From positions 4,992,001 through 5,056,000 of the forward strand of contig CBDCNP010000002.1 in assembly GCA_965219415.1 (NCBI GenBank): a DNA stretch of 64,000 nucleotides, in the 5' to 3' direction. The notes under the pieces were generated by a model, which saw only the letters and a program-made list of their open reading frames with translations, searched no databases and was not told the origin of the DNA. Origin of the DNA: Candidatus Marinacidobacterales bacterium. GTDB taxonomy: Bacteria; Acidobacteriota; Vicinamibacteria; Marinacidobacterales; DATDRI01. Below, one piece after another: positions 41,518 through 52,259 of this stretch. How positions within the stretch are numbered: position 1 is the stretch's first letter; each line of letters begins with the position of its first letter. Position numbers and translations under genes: made by a program.

Positions 41518-42159
41518 TTACAGGGAAACGACCCCACGCTTGATGGCGTACTGGATCAGCTCGGCGGTTGTCTGGAGGCCCAGTTTCTCCATTAGATCGT
41601 ACTTGTGGGATTCCACCGTACGTGTCGATACGCTCAGGGCGGACGCGATCTCCTTCATGGTGTGGCCTTCGGCGACCAGCTGGAGAACTTCTCGCTGGCG
41701 TGCCGTCAATTCCACCGAGGCCTTTTCGGGCTCGCCCCCGGCCTTCATGAAGGCTTCCAACACCTCCTGCTGAATGAGCGGAGTCAGGTAAACCCGACCC
41801 TTCAGCACAGTGTGGATGGCGGTGATGAGCTCCTCGCCCGCCGACTGCTTGAGAAGGTAACCAGAGGCACCGGCCCGAAACGCTTCCGTTGCGAGGTCGG
41901 CGTCCGAGTGCATGGTCAGGAAGACGACTTTTGCTTTCTCGTTTTTCTTTTTCAGCTGCCGAACGGCATCGAGCCCGTTCAAGGATGGCATCGTGATGTC
42001 GGCAACAATCACGTCCGGTTGAAGCTCTTCGGCGGCGAGCAGCATGGCGCGGCCGTCTTCCACCGTTCCGACGAGCTCGAACTCCGGGTCCAGGATGCTC
42101 TTCAGGCCCTCGGTGACGATGGTGTGGTCATCCGCCAGCAGCACTCGAGGGCGCGTCAC
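41518..42159 (-). CDS. NarL/FixJ-family response regulator (REC + LuxR HTH)
   Basis: VLLADDH, DITMP, LTARQREVLQLVAEG.T.KEIA, TVESHK. Confidence 0.95.
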   Translation of the reverse strand: MTRPRVLLADDHTIVTEGLKSILDPEFELVGTVEDGRAMLLAAEELQPDVIVADITMPSLNGLDAVRQLKKKNEKAKVVFLTMHSDADLATEAFRAGASGYLLKQSAGEELITAIHTVLKGRVYLTPLIQQEVLEAFMKAGGEPEKASVELTARQREVLQLVAEGHTMKEIASALSVSTRTVESHKYDLMEKLGLQTTAELIQYAIKRGVVSL

Positions 42160-43999
42160 GCGAGCTCCTCGGCCGGGGGCGCCGGCACTCTCACCTCGAG
42201 GTCGGTTCCCGTTCCGGGGCGAGACTTCAATAGCAAGGTCCCACCCACCAGGCGGACCCGCTCCTCCATACTGACCAATCCTAGGCCCCTCTTAGAGCCT
42301 TGGACGTCGAAGCCGACCCCGGAGTCGGAGACGAGTAAACAGAGTTCGTCATCGGCTTCGGTGAGCGTTACGCACGCTTCCCGAGCCTCCGAATGTTTGT
42401 TGATATTTTGGAGTGATTCTTGCGGCACCCGATACAGACACAGAGAGACATCAGCAGACACCGACCGCAAATCATCCGGAAGGTTCATCTGGATCGGGAT
42501 TCCTTGCATTACTGGTGAATTGAGTGCAGTAGGACCTCAGGGCCGCCACCAAACCAACGTGCTCCATGGTCGCCGGGTGTAACCGGTGAGATTGGCCGTC
42601 GCACGTCGTCGGTCAACTCGGCAGTTCGTCCCTGAAGCTCTGTCACCTGACCGTGAATGTCCTCTGATGGGTCGAGCCCTTGTTTCATTTTACTAAGAGT
42701 GATAGCGAGTGCGGCCAACTTTTGATTGACATCATCGTGGAGCTCACGAGTGACGCGCTTTCGTTCTTCCTCTTGGGCGACGATCAGTTCGCCAGCGAGG
42801 TGCTGGATCTGTGCGTGGCTATGCCGAAGCGCGTCTTCGGCCCGTTTGCGCTCAGTGATATCGACCATGAAGCCGCGGAGTGTTGCCGGGCTGCCATTTT
42901 CGTGTTCCACACTTACCAGATCGTGGAGCCAAATGACCGAACCCGTCGACGAGATCATGCGATATTCGAACTCGTACTCTTTGGACACTTGTGAAGAAGC
43001 CGCGCAGAATTCGAGGGCGCTCCGCCGGTCTTCGGGATAGATATGCTCGGTCCAGAAGTCGGTTTCATACCATCGGTCGATGGGGTACCCGAGGATCTTG
43101 ACCGCTTGAGGTCCCACATAGGTGAACTGCCAAGTCTTTCCGTCCGCCTCCCACGGAATGACCTTGGTCGACTCGAGGAGTTGGCGCAGTCGTTCCTCGC
43201 TTTTGGCGAGTGCGACTTCTGTGCGCTTGCGGGCCGTGATGTTGTGAGCCAAGACGTAGAAGCCCTGTACCGGGCCGCCACCCGGGGCGTCCGGCACGAG
43301 CGTGGCCTCTAGAACACCGGGATGCCCGCCGGGGCGCGGGACCTCCACCTCGAGTGTCGTGCCCTGGCCCGAGAGCGCGGCTTCCACGTGAGGTCGCACC
43401 TTCTCGTACATGCTCTTTCCGAGGACGTCTTGGATGAAATGTCCTCGGGACTCCTCTCGGGAGACGCCATACCAGTTTTCGTAAGCGGCGTTCATGAATC
43501 GATAACGTTGCTCGGAGTCGACGTAGGCGAAGATCTCCGGCAATGTGTCCGCCATGATGCGGAGGCGCTCCTCGCTATCCCGCACTTTCTGTTCGGCGCG
43601 CTTGCGCTCGTTTATGTCTTGCACGACCGCGCTGATGCCAAGGACAGCTCCGTCCTCGGACAAAAGCGGGTAATGGCTTGCCAGCCAGTCCTTCTCCACA
43701 TCGGGTTCCGCCGGAGTCGTCCCATGGACGTCGATATTCAACATCGGCTGTCCGGTCTCGAGAATCCGCCGATGCATCGGCATGAGGGTCGGAGCTAGCG
43801 CCGGAAGGACCTCCTGGACCGAGCGGCCGATGTGCTCGGCCACCGATTTGCCGTGGATCTCAGCCAGCAGCTGGTTGATCCGGAGGTAGCGGAGGTTTCG
43901 GTCCAGCAGGCAGAGCCCTACAGGGGCCGTCTGATACAGATGGTCGAGCTCCAAGGCCTGGTTGTGGAAGGTTTCTCTCTCGGTTTTGGTTGGGCCCAT
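42156..43999 (-). CDS. Cytoplasmic multi-PAS sensor histidine kinase, HisKA_3 type (frameshifted near 42510-42600)
   Basis: Three PAS/PAC repeats, QEEERKRVTRELHDDVNQ, QESLQNINKHS, DSGVGFD, GLGLVSMEERV. Confidence 0.9.
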
Positions 44000-44247
44000 G
44001 TCTGAATGGCTCCCTTGGACCGCGCTCGGCCACGGACTCGCCGTCGCCGCGGCCTGTCTCTTGCCAACGGGGGCCCCTATTCTAGATCAAAAGGGGCGCA
44101 ATTTGGGAGCGACAGGGGTCACTGCTCACACTGCCTTGATCGACAAAGTAGCGAGTCTCCAGCCGGCATCGTCCTTCCCGCCTATCCTCAGGCTTTCGGA
44201 CCACGATCCGCTGAGCTACGATTAGGCTTCCGACCTTGGTGACCGCC

Positions 44248-44736
44248 ATGTTATCTCAGACGTTCACAATCGCGACAATTTGCCTCTTGGTGGGATGCAC
44301 ACAGGCAAGCGTCGAGGAGCAGGCGGAACGGGTCGCGCTGGAAGCGATACTTCAAGATCAACGAAGAGCCCATCTCGAACTGGACGCCGATCGGCTAGTT
44401 GAGCATGTCGCGGAGCAATTAGTGAGTATCGATAGCGGGACCATCATGGTTCAGCCCCGGGATGAGGTTCGCAAGATGTTTGCCGCGTACTTCGATGGAG
44501 CGTCCTACTCTGCCTGGAAGGATCTGGAACCGCCGTTGATCAAGATTTCCCCAGGGGGATCGATGGCCTGGGTCGTCCGCCGGGTCGAGGTGGATCGCGA
44601 GGAGCCGGATGGCGCAGGGGGGCGCCGCCGTCGCCGATTCATTTCGGCCTTCACGTCGACGTTCGGGAAAGTGGAAGGCGAGTGGCGGATGACGACAGTC
44701 ACGTCGACCCTTGTGCCCCCGGAGACGGTCGAGTGA
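44248..44736 (+). CDS. NTF2-like (SnoaL/DUF4440) lipoprotein
   Basis: Lipobox LVGC. Motifs ISPGGSMAW and GEWRM. Confidence 0.7.
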   Translation: MLSQTFTIATICLLVGCTQASVEEQAERVALEAILQDQRRAHLELDADRLVEHVAEQLVSIDSGTIMVQPRDEVRKMFAAYFDGASYSAWKDLEPPLIKISPGGSMAWVVRRVEVDREEPDGAGGRRRRRFISAFTSTFGKVEGEWRMTTVTSTLVPPETVE

Positions 44737-45485
44737 TGGGGACCAACGCGTCCGCAGACCGGAGCTGGTTGACCCCCGTCTCCGCCGCGCTATTCACAAT
44801 GGCAGCGGCAGCCTGGGCCCTTACCGGGCACCACCTGCGCTCGATGGAGGAGATGTCCGGAGTCAAGGACACGTCTCTTCTTTCCTTCATTGCCATGTGG
44901 TCGGTGATGATGGCGGCGATGATGTTACCGTCCGTGGCCCCACTCGCCTCCAGGTATACGAGGATGATTCGTTCGCAAAGATGGTTCGGACTGGCGTCTT
45001 TCGCGACCGGCTATCTCGCCGTCTGGGGCGTGAGCGGAGGGATGGCGTTCTTGCTGGGCTGGTCAGTGGTCGAGCTAGGCGTGCTCAACGGTGTTGGCGC
45101 CGCCAAGTTGGCGGCCGTGATGACCTTCGCAATCTGCGGCATCTACCAGCTAAGCTCTCTTAAGCATCGGTGCCTTGCCAAGTGCCGCACTCCGTTTTCT
45201 TTGCTTCTGGAATATGCGTCGTGGCGGGGCCCGCTTCGCCACTTTCGGGTGGGCGCTCACCACGGGGCCTACTGTTTGGGATGTTGTTGGGCGCTAATGG
45301 TTCTGATGTTTGTCTTCGGTGTCATGAACATTGGTGCGATGTTGATTCTGAGTGTGGTGATCGCGATCGAAAAGACGTGGACCACCAACGAGATGTTTCC
45401 TCGCGCCGTAGGCTTTGGGTGTTTAGCCTTAGCGGTTGCGGTGCTTTGGTTTCCGGCTCTTTACCCCGGCCTGGATATGAAATGA
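44736..45485 (+). CDS. DUF2182 predicted metal-binding membrane protein
   Basis: W.VMMAAMMLPS, GYLAVW, YQL..LK..CL..CR.P, YCLGCCWALM, GVMN. Confidence 0.9.
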   Translation: MGTNASADRSWLTPVSAALFTMAAAAWALTGHHLRSMEEMSGVKDTSLLSFIAMWSVMMAAMMLPSVAPLASRYTRMIRSQRWFGLASFATGYLAVWGVSGGMAFLLGWSVVELGVLNGVGAAKLAAVMTFAICGIYQLSSLKHRCLAKCRTPFSLLLEYASWRGPLRHFRVGAHHGAYCLGCCWALMVLMFVFGVMNIGAMLILSVVIAIEKTWTTNEMFPRAVGFGCLALAVAVLWFPALYPGLDMK

Positions 45486-45506
45486 CAATGACGCGGAGCG
45501 TGTGAG

Positions 45507-45625
45507 ATGGGGGATCGGTGGCATCTTTCGTGGACGTACTATGAAGTATGCAATTGCGAGGCGGTGTGCCCGTGCCGGGTCCATCGGGACCTCCGCCGTG
45601 CGTCGTATGACACCTGCGACTTGTT
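45507..45625 (+). pseudogene. DUF1326 N-terminal remnant
   Basis: One frame reads W...TYYEVCNCEAVCPCR...YDTCD, the DUF1326 start. DUF1326 is the usual partner of DUF2182. Confidence 0.55.
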
Positions 45626-45806
45626 TCTTCCGAGACCCGGATGGGCACCTCCTCGAGATCAGTGAAGCGAAGTGATTCTGGTCGCCAACTACGATATGTC
45701 TAGGGGCAGGCTCTGGCCTTTGGTGTTGTTGGTGCAGTTGGTGGGACCGTACGTGGTGGTGCTAAGACAACTTTGATAACCGTCGCTCTCCGGCGGGGGA
45801 GATTCC

Positions 45807-46478
45807 ATGAAACGTGACTTCAGCACTCAGGTAACAGGGTCGGCCTTCCTAGCCGCGGGTTTGCTACTGTGGTTCGGCTGGATGCTCCTCCCAACCCACA
45901 TCGGGACGTTCTTCCAAGTCGGGGATTTCGCCGCGGTCGGCGAGAGCCTGACGTTCTGGATATGGATGTATCGGATTCATTTCTTCGGTATTGTCGTATC
46001 GGTCATGGCGCTGGTTGCGCTGGGGGCGTTGCTGACCGACGCGGAAGCGCGGATTCTGATTTGGCCCGGGGTGGGAGTCGCGGCCGCGGGTCTTATGGTG
46101 GGAGCGGCGGGTGCGGCGTTCTACTATCATTTCGGTGCATGGGGCGCTCTCGAGATGGTAGGAAAGTCGGAGGCAGAAATTCGCGGATACGTCGACTCGT
46201 TGCGAAACGATACTGAATACATCACTTGTCTCGTTCGCTTCGGGCGTGTCTTTTCGGGCTTTGGGCTGCTGGTCATGGCGGCGGGCCTCTTGAAGTGGAA
46301 GATACTACCGGTGTGGCTCGGGGTCTTCCCCGCGATTATCGGGCTGGGTGCGATGGCGGTGACCATGGGTTTCCCCGATGACATGCATTTCTATTTGCCC
46401 ATTTTTCACGTATGGGCCTTGTGGCTGGCAGCCACCGGGATCGTGACGCTTCGCTCCGGTATACGGGTGGCGAGTTGA
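45807..46478 (+). CDS. Multi-pass membrane protein, function unknown
   Basis: About six hydrophobic helices. GGGGGAG RBS. Confidence 0.75.
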   Translation: MKRDFSTQVTGSAFLAAGLLLWFGWMLLPTHIGTFFQVGDFAAVGESLTFWIWMYRIHFFGIVVSVMALVALGALLTDAEARILIWPGVGVAAAGLMVGAAGAAFYYHFGAWGALEMVGKSEAEIRGYVDSLRNDTEYITCLVRFGRVFSGFGLLVMAAGLLKWKILPVWLGVFPAIIGLGAMAVTMGFPDDMHFYLPIFHVWALWLAATGIVTLRSGIRVAS

Positions 46479-46511
46479 TTCGGGCCGTTGTCGCGTGGAG
46501 ATGAGCACGAA

Positions 46512-47975
46512 ATGAACACTTCCATCGGTTTGAGCCCGGAAGACGCTCGAGCCCTCTGGTTCTTCGGATTCAAGCTTTTTTTGGGAGGGCTCTTGGCGCT
46601 CTTCATTGGAGCGCTCTACAAACGATTCGGAACCACGGCCTCCGACCGGGAAGAGTTCGCAAGGATGTTTCCTCTCTTCACCATGACCACTATCGTCGTC
46701 ATCGCGGTTGTTCAGGCGTCGCTTGCTCTTTCGCTGGGTCTCATCGGAGCCCTTACGATCATCCGGTTCCGAGGTCCCATCAAGAGCCCGGAGGAGATCG
46801 TCTATCTGTTGTTTTGCGTCTCGATGGGATTGGCGCTAGGCGCAGGTCAGCTTGCTCTCGCCCTCGTCGCCGCCGCGATTGTGGCCGCTTTCGCCATCTT
46901 CCACCAAATCGGGAATCGTCCAGCCTATGAGAGGACCCTGCTCCTGAAAGTTGCCGGCGACGCGCAGCATTTTTTCCCAAATGATGGTTTGTCCGGTCTG
47001 CAGCGCTTGAGCAAATTCAAGCCGGTTACGTTTCAACGGCTCGACCGGGATGGCGACCGGGTGGAGCTCCGCGCCATTTTGACCGTAGAAGCAACCGAGG
47101 AAACGGATAACGTCTTGAAGGAGCTCCGCGAGGAGCTCCCCCAACTCAAGGTATCGTCGGTCGCTATTGACGTTCAAGCAGGCGGTGGCCAGGCGCCTTC
47201 TGAGCGAGCCGATAAGGCGACCGTCGCATCGTCAGCCAAACTGGAGCTGGTCGAGGAGCCGCGAGAAGCAACAGGAGTCGATCTGTCGCGTCGAGAAGTG
47301 AAGTTTGCCCTGCCCAATGCCGATGCAGAGAAAGTGCGTTCGATACTCGAGGTCAATTGTCAGCGCATCATACACAACGGTCCTAGTTCGGTGGTCAGCA
47401 CCATCTATTACGACGACGTTCGATTGAGCGGCTGCCAAGAGAACCTGGACGGCGTGCCGCGAAGGGCGAAGGTCAGGCTTCGTTGGTACGATGACGATGA
47501 CCGGCGTGGGCGCCTCTTCTTCGAAATCAAAAGGCGGGTCGACTCGATGGTTCACAAAGAACGCATCGAGCTCCGCGCACATCAGCCGTTGGGAGATATG
47601 ACCTATCGTGAACTCTTGGCGGAGCTGCAGAAGATCCTACCGGCTCCTGCCGCAGAAATGCTGCTGGCCCGTCCAGAAGCCATATTGATGACAGAGTATC
47701 GACGCGAGTACTTTCGTGCGTCAGCAAGCCCGGCGCGCATCACGTTGGATGAGGACATCGTCAGTTACTCTCAGAGGGGGTTGAACCGTCCCCGAAAGGA
47801 GTTCGGTACCAAGGGGTCGGACCTCGTGATCCTGGAGGCCAAGATTCCGACCGCTGCGGGAGACGAGCTGCGGGAGCTGCTCCACCCACTCGAGCCCTAT
47901 GTCACGAAATCTTCCAAGTATGTGCAAGGTTGCCTGCGCCTAGGCTTACTCGAAGGTTCTTCGGCAACCGAGTGA
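46512..47975 (+). CDS. DUF4956 membrane domain fused to a VTC (polyphosphate polymerase, CYTH-like) domain
   Basis: N-terminal SLALSLGLIGALTIIRFRGPIKSPEE. C-terminal R.E.KF, STIYYD, R.KVRLRWY, FFEIKRR, Y.RE, RIT.D, ILEAK, SKY. Confidence 0.88.
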   Translation: MNTSIGLSPEDARALWFFGFKLFLGGLLALFIGALYKRFGTTASDREEFARMFPLFTMTTIVVIAVVQASLALSLGLIGALTIIRFRGPIKSPEEIVYLLFCVSMGLALGAGQLALALVAAAIVAAFAIFHQIGNRPAYERTLLLKVAGDAQHFFPNDGLSGLQRLSKFKPVTFQRLDRDGDRVELRAILTVEATEETDNVLKELREELPQLKVSSVAIDVQAGGGQAPSERADKATVASSAKLELVEEPREATGVDLSRREVKFALPNADAEKVRSILEVNCQRIIHNGPSSVVSTIYYDDVRLSGCQENLDGVPRRAKVRLRWYDDDDRRGRLFFEIKRRVDSMVHKERIELRAHQPLGDMTYRELLAELQKILPAPAAEMLLARPEAILMTEYRREYFRASASPARITLDEDIVSYSQRGLNRPRKEFGTKGSDLVILEAKIPTAAGDELRELLHPLEPYVTKSSKYVQGCLRLGLLEGSSATE

Positions 47976-47999
47976 CGGTAGTTCCAAGCTGAAAGTCCA

Positions 48000-49256
48000 A
48001 TGCCTTTTCGGCGTGCCTCACCTTGGCTCTTTTTCCCGCTAATCCTGGTAACGGTTGGCACTCTTGCGGTCATCGGCTTCCCGGGTCCCAGCAAGGGGAA
48101 CGATGACATCACCCTCCTCGAGGATAGCAAGCTGCGGCGCATCTTTGCGGAGCGCCGAATCGATCGGCCAAGTTTCCGAATCGACCTCATTATGCCGGAA
48201 AACGTTGTCCGGGACTTCCAGAAGCGCCTCAAATATCAAGCACAAGTGAACATCTCGTTTGCTCGCGGACCGCACCGGCCGGCGATGCTGCGCATTCGAG
48301 GGGCGACCACCAGGAGGTCGGACCGCAAGAGCTTCTTGGTAACGCTGTTCGATGCACAGAGATTCAGCGAAATCAAGCTTGGCAAGTTCCTACTACTGAA
48401 CATGCTCTTCGACCCAAGCGCTTTCGAGATGTATGTCAGCTACCGCCTCCTTGCAGAGCTCGGCCTTTTTCCGAGCTACTTTCAATACGCGAGTGTTTTC
48501 ATTAACGGAATTCCTCAGGGGCTCTACCTATTGGTGGAGCGCCCCGAAGACGCCATACGCCGAAACTCATCCACGGTCGTTTCCGTGATACGACCGAACG
48601 GTCGGAGAGCAAGAGTAAAGTACTCCGTCAAATACTCAATCCCTCAGTCCGATCCATTGCGCCTCGTGCATTCGATACGACGCGCGACGAGGAAGAAGAG
48701 TGGTAAGGGGTTGGAGGACGAACTAAATCGCAAGTTGAACCTCGACCAATACCTACTCTGGCTGGCGTTCAATAGCCTCTTCGAGAACGGAGATTCTCGC
48801 AACGAGCTCTACCTCTTCGAAGAGCGAGCCGCAGACGTTGAGTGGGGACGACTCGGTATGGTGGCTTGGGATTTCGATGACGTCCAGGAGGAACCCATTC
48901 GCAGGGCAGAAACTCTTCGCGACCCTCTCCTCTACGGGTGCGAAATGGATCTAGATTTCGTAATTAGCAGGGACCTTCAGCTCTATTCCCGATACAAGCA
49001 CGTGCTCCGCAATCTCTTGGAAGAACTTCTGACGGAAGAGAAGCTAATCGCGGAGCTGCAAAACGTCGAAGAGACAGTGCTGGGGATCGACAGCGGACTT
49101 CCCCAGGAAACGCAGATTGCCGCTGGTAACGATCGGACAAGAAGAATGCTCGATTTCCAACAACGTCTCTTGTCCCGGCCGCACCACACTCCTGACACTC
49201 CTGGCAGGCCTCGACCCACCTTGAGCGAGCGGAACGCTGGGCTCGTCCGGCCCTAG
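48000..49256 (+). CDS. CotH-family kinase with N-terminal membrane anchor
   Basis: RIRG.T.....RKSF, VFING...GLYLLVE, D..N..Y, AWDFD. Confidence 0.85.
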   Translation: MPFRRASPWLFFPLILVTVGTLAVIGFPGPSKGNDDITLLEDSKLRRIFAERRIDRPSFRIDLIMPENVVRDFQKRLKYQAQVNISFARGPHRPAMLRIRGATTRRSDRKSFLVTLFDAQRFSEIKLGKFLLLNMLFDPSAFEMYVSYRLLAELGLFPSYFQYASVFINGIPQGLYLLVERPEDAIRRNSSTVVSVIRPNGRRARVKYSVKYSIPQSDPLRLVHSIRRATRKKSGKGLEDELNRKLNLDQYLLWLAFNSLFENGDSRNELYLFEERAADVEWGRLGMVAWDFDDVQEEPIRRAETLRDPLLYGCEMDLDFVISRDLQLYSRYKHVLRNLLEELLTEEKLIAELQNVEETVLGIDSGLPQETQIAAGNDRTRRMLDFQQRLLSRPHHTPDTPGRPRPTLSERNAGLVRP

Positions 49257-49939
49257 AGAAGCGAGTCCAAATTCACGTAGGAAACTTGCAGCTGTGGAAG
49301 CTTGGTCTGCAGGGCCGACATGAGGGCGGTGGTTTCATCTGGACTCTGCAGGGAGACGTTGGCGCGGAACTGAACCTGACCCTCTTCGAGGTCGAAGCGC
49401 TGAATCGTGAGGCCCTTGGTGGTTTCCTTGAGAATGTCCAACACATTGTCTCCTGACTTTTGGAAGAAGCGATCCGCGTCACCGGTGACGGTAAGAAGGA
49501 GGTTGTGCTGACGGGCCCTCTTGTTAAGAAAGCGGCGGCTCAGGATAAAGGCGGAAACGACGAGGACCGCGACGAAGGTCAGCAACCGATGTTCTGCTCC
49601 AAGAGCGAGCCCAACTCCGATACAGAAAAACAAATAGACCAGCTCCTCCGGGGTCTTGATGGCAGTTCGGAAGCGAACGATGGAAAGTGCTCCTACCAGT
49701 CCCAGAGACAACGCTAAAGACGATTTGACCACGAAAATGATCACTACCGTCACCGCGGTGAGCACAGGAAAGATATTCGCGAAGTTCTCCCGATTCGAAA
49801 GGGAAGTGCTGCAGCGCTTGTAGAGCTCTCGGACGTAGATGCCAATGGCGCCACCGATGAGCATATTGATCGTACAGCGAACGACCATGTTCGCTTCGGG
49901 GCTCAGGTTGTTATACCAGTCGGTTAAGCTTGGCAGCAC
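49253..49939 (-). CDS. DUF4956 membrane protein
   Basis: VVKSSLALSLGLVGALSIVRFRTAIKTPEELVYLF. GTG start with an AGAGGG RBS. Confidence 0.9.
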   Translation of the reverse strand: MLPSLTDWYNNLSPEANMVVRCTINMLIGGAIGIYVRELYKRCSTSLSNRENFANIFPVLTAVTVVIIFVVKSSLALSLGLVGALSIVRFRTAIKTPEELVYLFFCIGVGLALGAEHRLLTFVAVLVVSAFILSRRFLNKRARQHNLLLTVTGDADRFFQKSGDNVLDILKETTKGLTIQRFDLEEGQVQFRANVSLQSPDETTALMSALQTKLPQLQVSYVNLDSLL

Positions 49940-49979
49940 GTCGTCCCTCTTATGTGGCGGAGATGATACTCCAGTCAAA

Positions 49980-52088
49980 CTAATGACGCAATGGATGTGG
50001 ATCTCTGAACAACAGATGTGCGTGCCGGGGAGGTGAAGAGTTCGCTCCAACCTCGGCGAGAAAGCCGGGCGTCGCTTCAGCGAGGGCACTCCATTCGCCT
50101 TCGGGCCCCTCGGTTTTGACACGAGCCTCCAACGGGGTAGACAGTCCCAGCGCAATTTGTTTCCCGGTGCCGCCGCGCAAGGCGTTCGGCGATAGTCCGC
50201 CGCCGGGCGAGCGAGGATCCTCGCCGGTCAACGTGTAATAGATGGTGCCGTTGTCGCCGTTGGGCCGGTTAAGCCTGTTGAGATTGCTCAACTCTACGAC
50301 CTTCCCGCCGGTCAAGGTCGTGGAATACCCTAGCTCGGGGGGATCGAGCGTAGGGTAATAGCCTTCTTGACGTAAGGCCTGAATCAACTTCTCGACGTTC
50401 CCGCGCATCCGCTCCGCGACGCGTTCCACTTCCGGAAAGAACGTATTTTCTCGAGTTCGCCTCGTCGCGCCTACTTCTTCGCGCGCGTCCCCCCACCGAG
50501 CAGATTCGGCAAGGAGAGCGTCCTTGACGAACTGATTGAGAGATCGCCAACGCGCCGTGGCGTTGGCTTCGGTCAGGGCTCCCTCGTTAAAGCAGTGACG
50601 ATACACGCGATCCGCAAATAGAATCATGAAGTTACGGTTCTTTCTGAGTGCGTGCCATAAGCCCACCATGTTGGGCTCTGTGCCATCGTGGTCGGCGCGA
50701 AAGCGAGGATGTACCCAAGCTGCTGCTGCCGGGCCGGTCTCCCAGCTGAGCTCCGCATCCCATACAAAGAACACCATGGCAGAGGTCGGGTTGACGCGAT
50801 GTCCGGCGAACCAGTTGTAGTCCGGCCAATCCCAATCGTGCATGTACCAGCAAAGGATCAGGTAGTCCGCAAACCGTGTGACGTCCAAGTACTCCTGGAG
50901 CTCTTCATAATGGGAGGGTTCTCGCATGTCCTTGTCTTTGAGGTCGCGCCTCAGATAATTCCACCGCGCCGGGTCTCCATGAAGGGGTCCATCTTCGTTC
51001 ACCGCGAACCAGTCCTGCATCGAACCGCCCAGATGAGCTGCCAGGAACCAAGCGTCCGGCCGTTCGCACGCGTTATAGACGCCCCAATAGAGTCCGTTGA
51101 GGTACAGATGTACGAACGTCCCGTGCGAGCCTAGCCCCGACATCGCGATTTGAGTATCCCTCGCCCACTGATCGCGCGTATAGGCGGTGCGCTCGGGATA
51201 CCAATTTGTAGCCCAGGAGCGGTTCTTACCTGAACGGAGCACGATCCGGTCGTAAACGCCGGCCGCTGTCTCGCCATTTAGTGGGGCGTCTCGGAAGATG
51301 GAAGATTCGAATTTTCCCGAACCGTACTCCTTCTTGAACACGAGCCGGAGCGCGCGTTTGACCAGCCGCCAACTATGCCCCTCGACGGCAGCGTCTACCT
51401 GCGTGTTCTTGGCAGGTCGATGAGGGTATAGGAGCTCGACCGAGGCGGGACGCGTGCTTCCCTCCCGACTTCCGAAACGGCTTCCCTCCATGCTCCCTCC
51501 CCAATAAACCCCGCTGCCGAGAACATCAGTCCGGTCGCTACCCGGTAGGGTGACTCGTCGGAAGAGGTCGTCTTTGTCCATGACGATGGAGAGAGTGGGG
51601 ATGGATTCGAGGCCCCGACGTATCGCAAACCTGTCGTGCCGATCGCGCACGACTCGTGGGTCCATTTCGTAGTCGAGCGTCACCGTCTCACGGATACCGC
51701 TCGGCAGCTTGGGGTTCGGATAACCTGGAACCAGCGCCGGCTGCTCGACGACATCTCTCAAGAAGATGTAGGTTTGAGTGTCGACATTGCTGGGAAGCAT
51801 CCCCTTCTTGAAGGCGATGGCTCTCAATGTCGTGGTTCGGTCTATGTCCACGGTCAGGGGGTTTCGGTCACCCCGACCGTGATTAGGCGTAGGGGCGCTT
51901 CCGTCGAGTGTGTAGCGTATGCGTGCCCCCTCGGTACTGGAGTAGATGAGGACGTTGATACTTGAAGCATAGAACCCGCGCTTGTAGTTGAAGCGTGTGT
52001 CCTTGACCTGATTGAGCGCTTGCGGAGGTTCGGCAGCTAGGAACGGCGCAAAGATCAGTAAGACGCAGACGGAGCGAACAAGGTCCAT
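49980..52088 (-). CDS. Secreted CotH-family kinase flanked by FN3-associated/chitobiase-C-type domains
   Basis: Signal peptide, IRYTLDGSAP, FVHLYLNGLYWGVYNACER, DWPDYNW, WDAE, IYYTLTGEDPR. Confidence 0.87.
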   Translation of the reverse strand: MDLVRSVCVLLIFAPFLAAEPPQALNQVKDTRFNYKRGFYASSINVLIYSSTEGARIRYTLDGSAPTPNHGRGDRNPLTVDIDRTTTLRAIAFKKGMLPSNVDTQTYIFLRDVVEQPALVPGYPNPKLPSGIRETVTLDYEMDPRVVRDRHDRFAIRRGLESIPTLSIVMDKDDLFRRVTLPGSDRTDVLGSGVYWGGSMEGSRFGSREGSTRPASVELLYPHRPAKNTQVDAAVEGHSWRLVKRALRLVFKKEYGSGKFESSIFRDAPLNGETAAGVYDRIVLRSGKNRSWATNWYPERTAYTRDQWARDTQIAMSGLGSHGTFVHLYLNGLYWGVYNACERPDAWFLAAHLGGSMQDWFAVNEDGPLHGDPARWNYLRRDLKDKDMREPSHYEELQEYLDVTRFADYLILCWYMHDWDWPDYNWFAGHRVNPTSAMVFFVWDAELSWETGPAAAAWVHPRFRADHDGTEPNMVGLWHALRKNRNFMILFADRVYRHCFNEGALTEANATARWRSLNQFVKDALLAESARWGDAREEVGATRRTRENTFFPEVERVAERMRGNVEKLIQALRQEGYYPTLDPPELGYSTTLTGGKVVELSNLNRLNRPNGDNGTIYYTLTGEDPRSPGGGLSPNALRGGTGKQIALGLSTPLEARVKTEGPEGEWSALAEATPGFLAEVGANSSPPRHAHLLFRDPHPLRH

Positions 52089-52259
52089 ACTGGCTCAGCC
52101 TGCTTCGGTTAGCGGGGTGGGCAGGAAGCAGGGTGCCAAGAGATTCACTGCACCCTGCGCGAGCGGAGCGAGCCCGGGCCGAGTGGGCCGATAACAGGAA
52201 GCCGAGCGAGGAGTGAGGCGCCAAGCGCGCGAACGAAGAGTGAGCGCGCACTGGACCAT

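Noticed and set aside
52150-52255. GAGCG(A/G)AG-rich REP-like intergenic tract
   Set aside because: Single occurrence in the window with no clear repeat unit.
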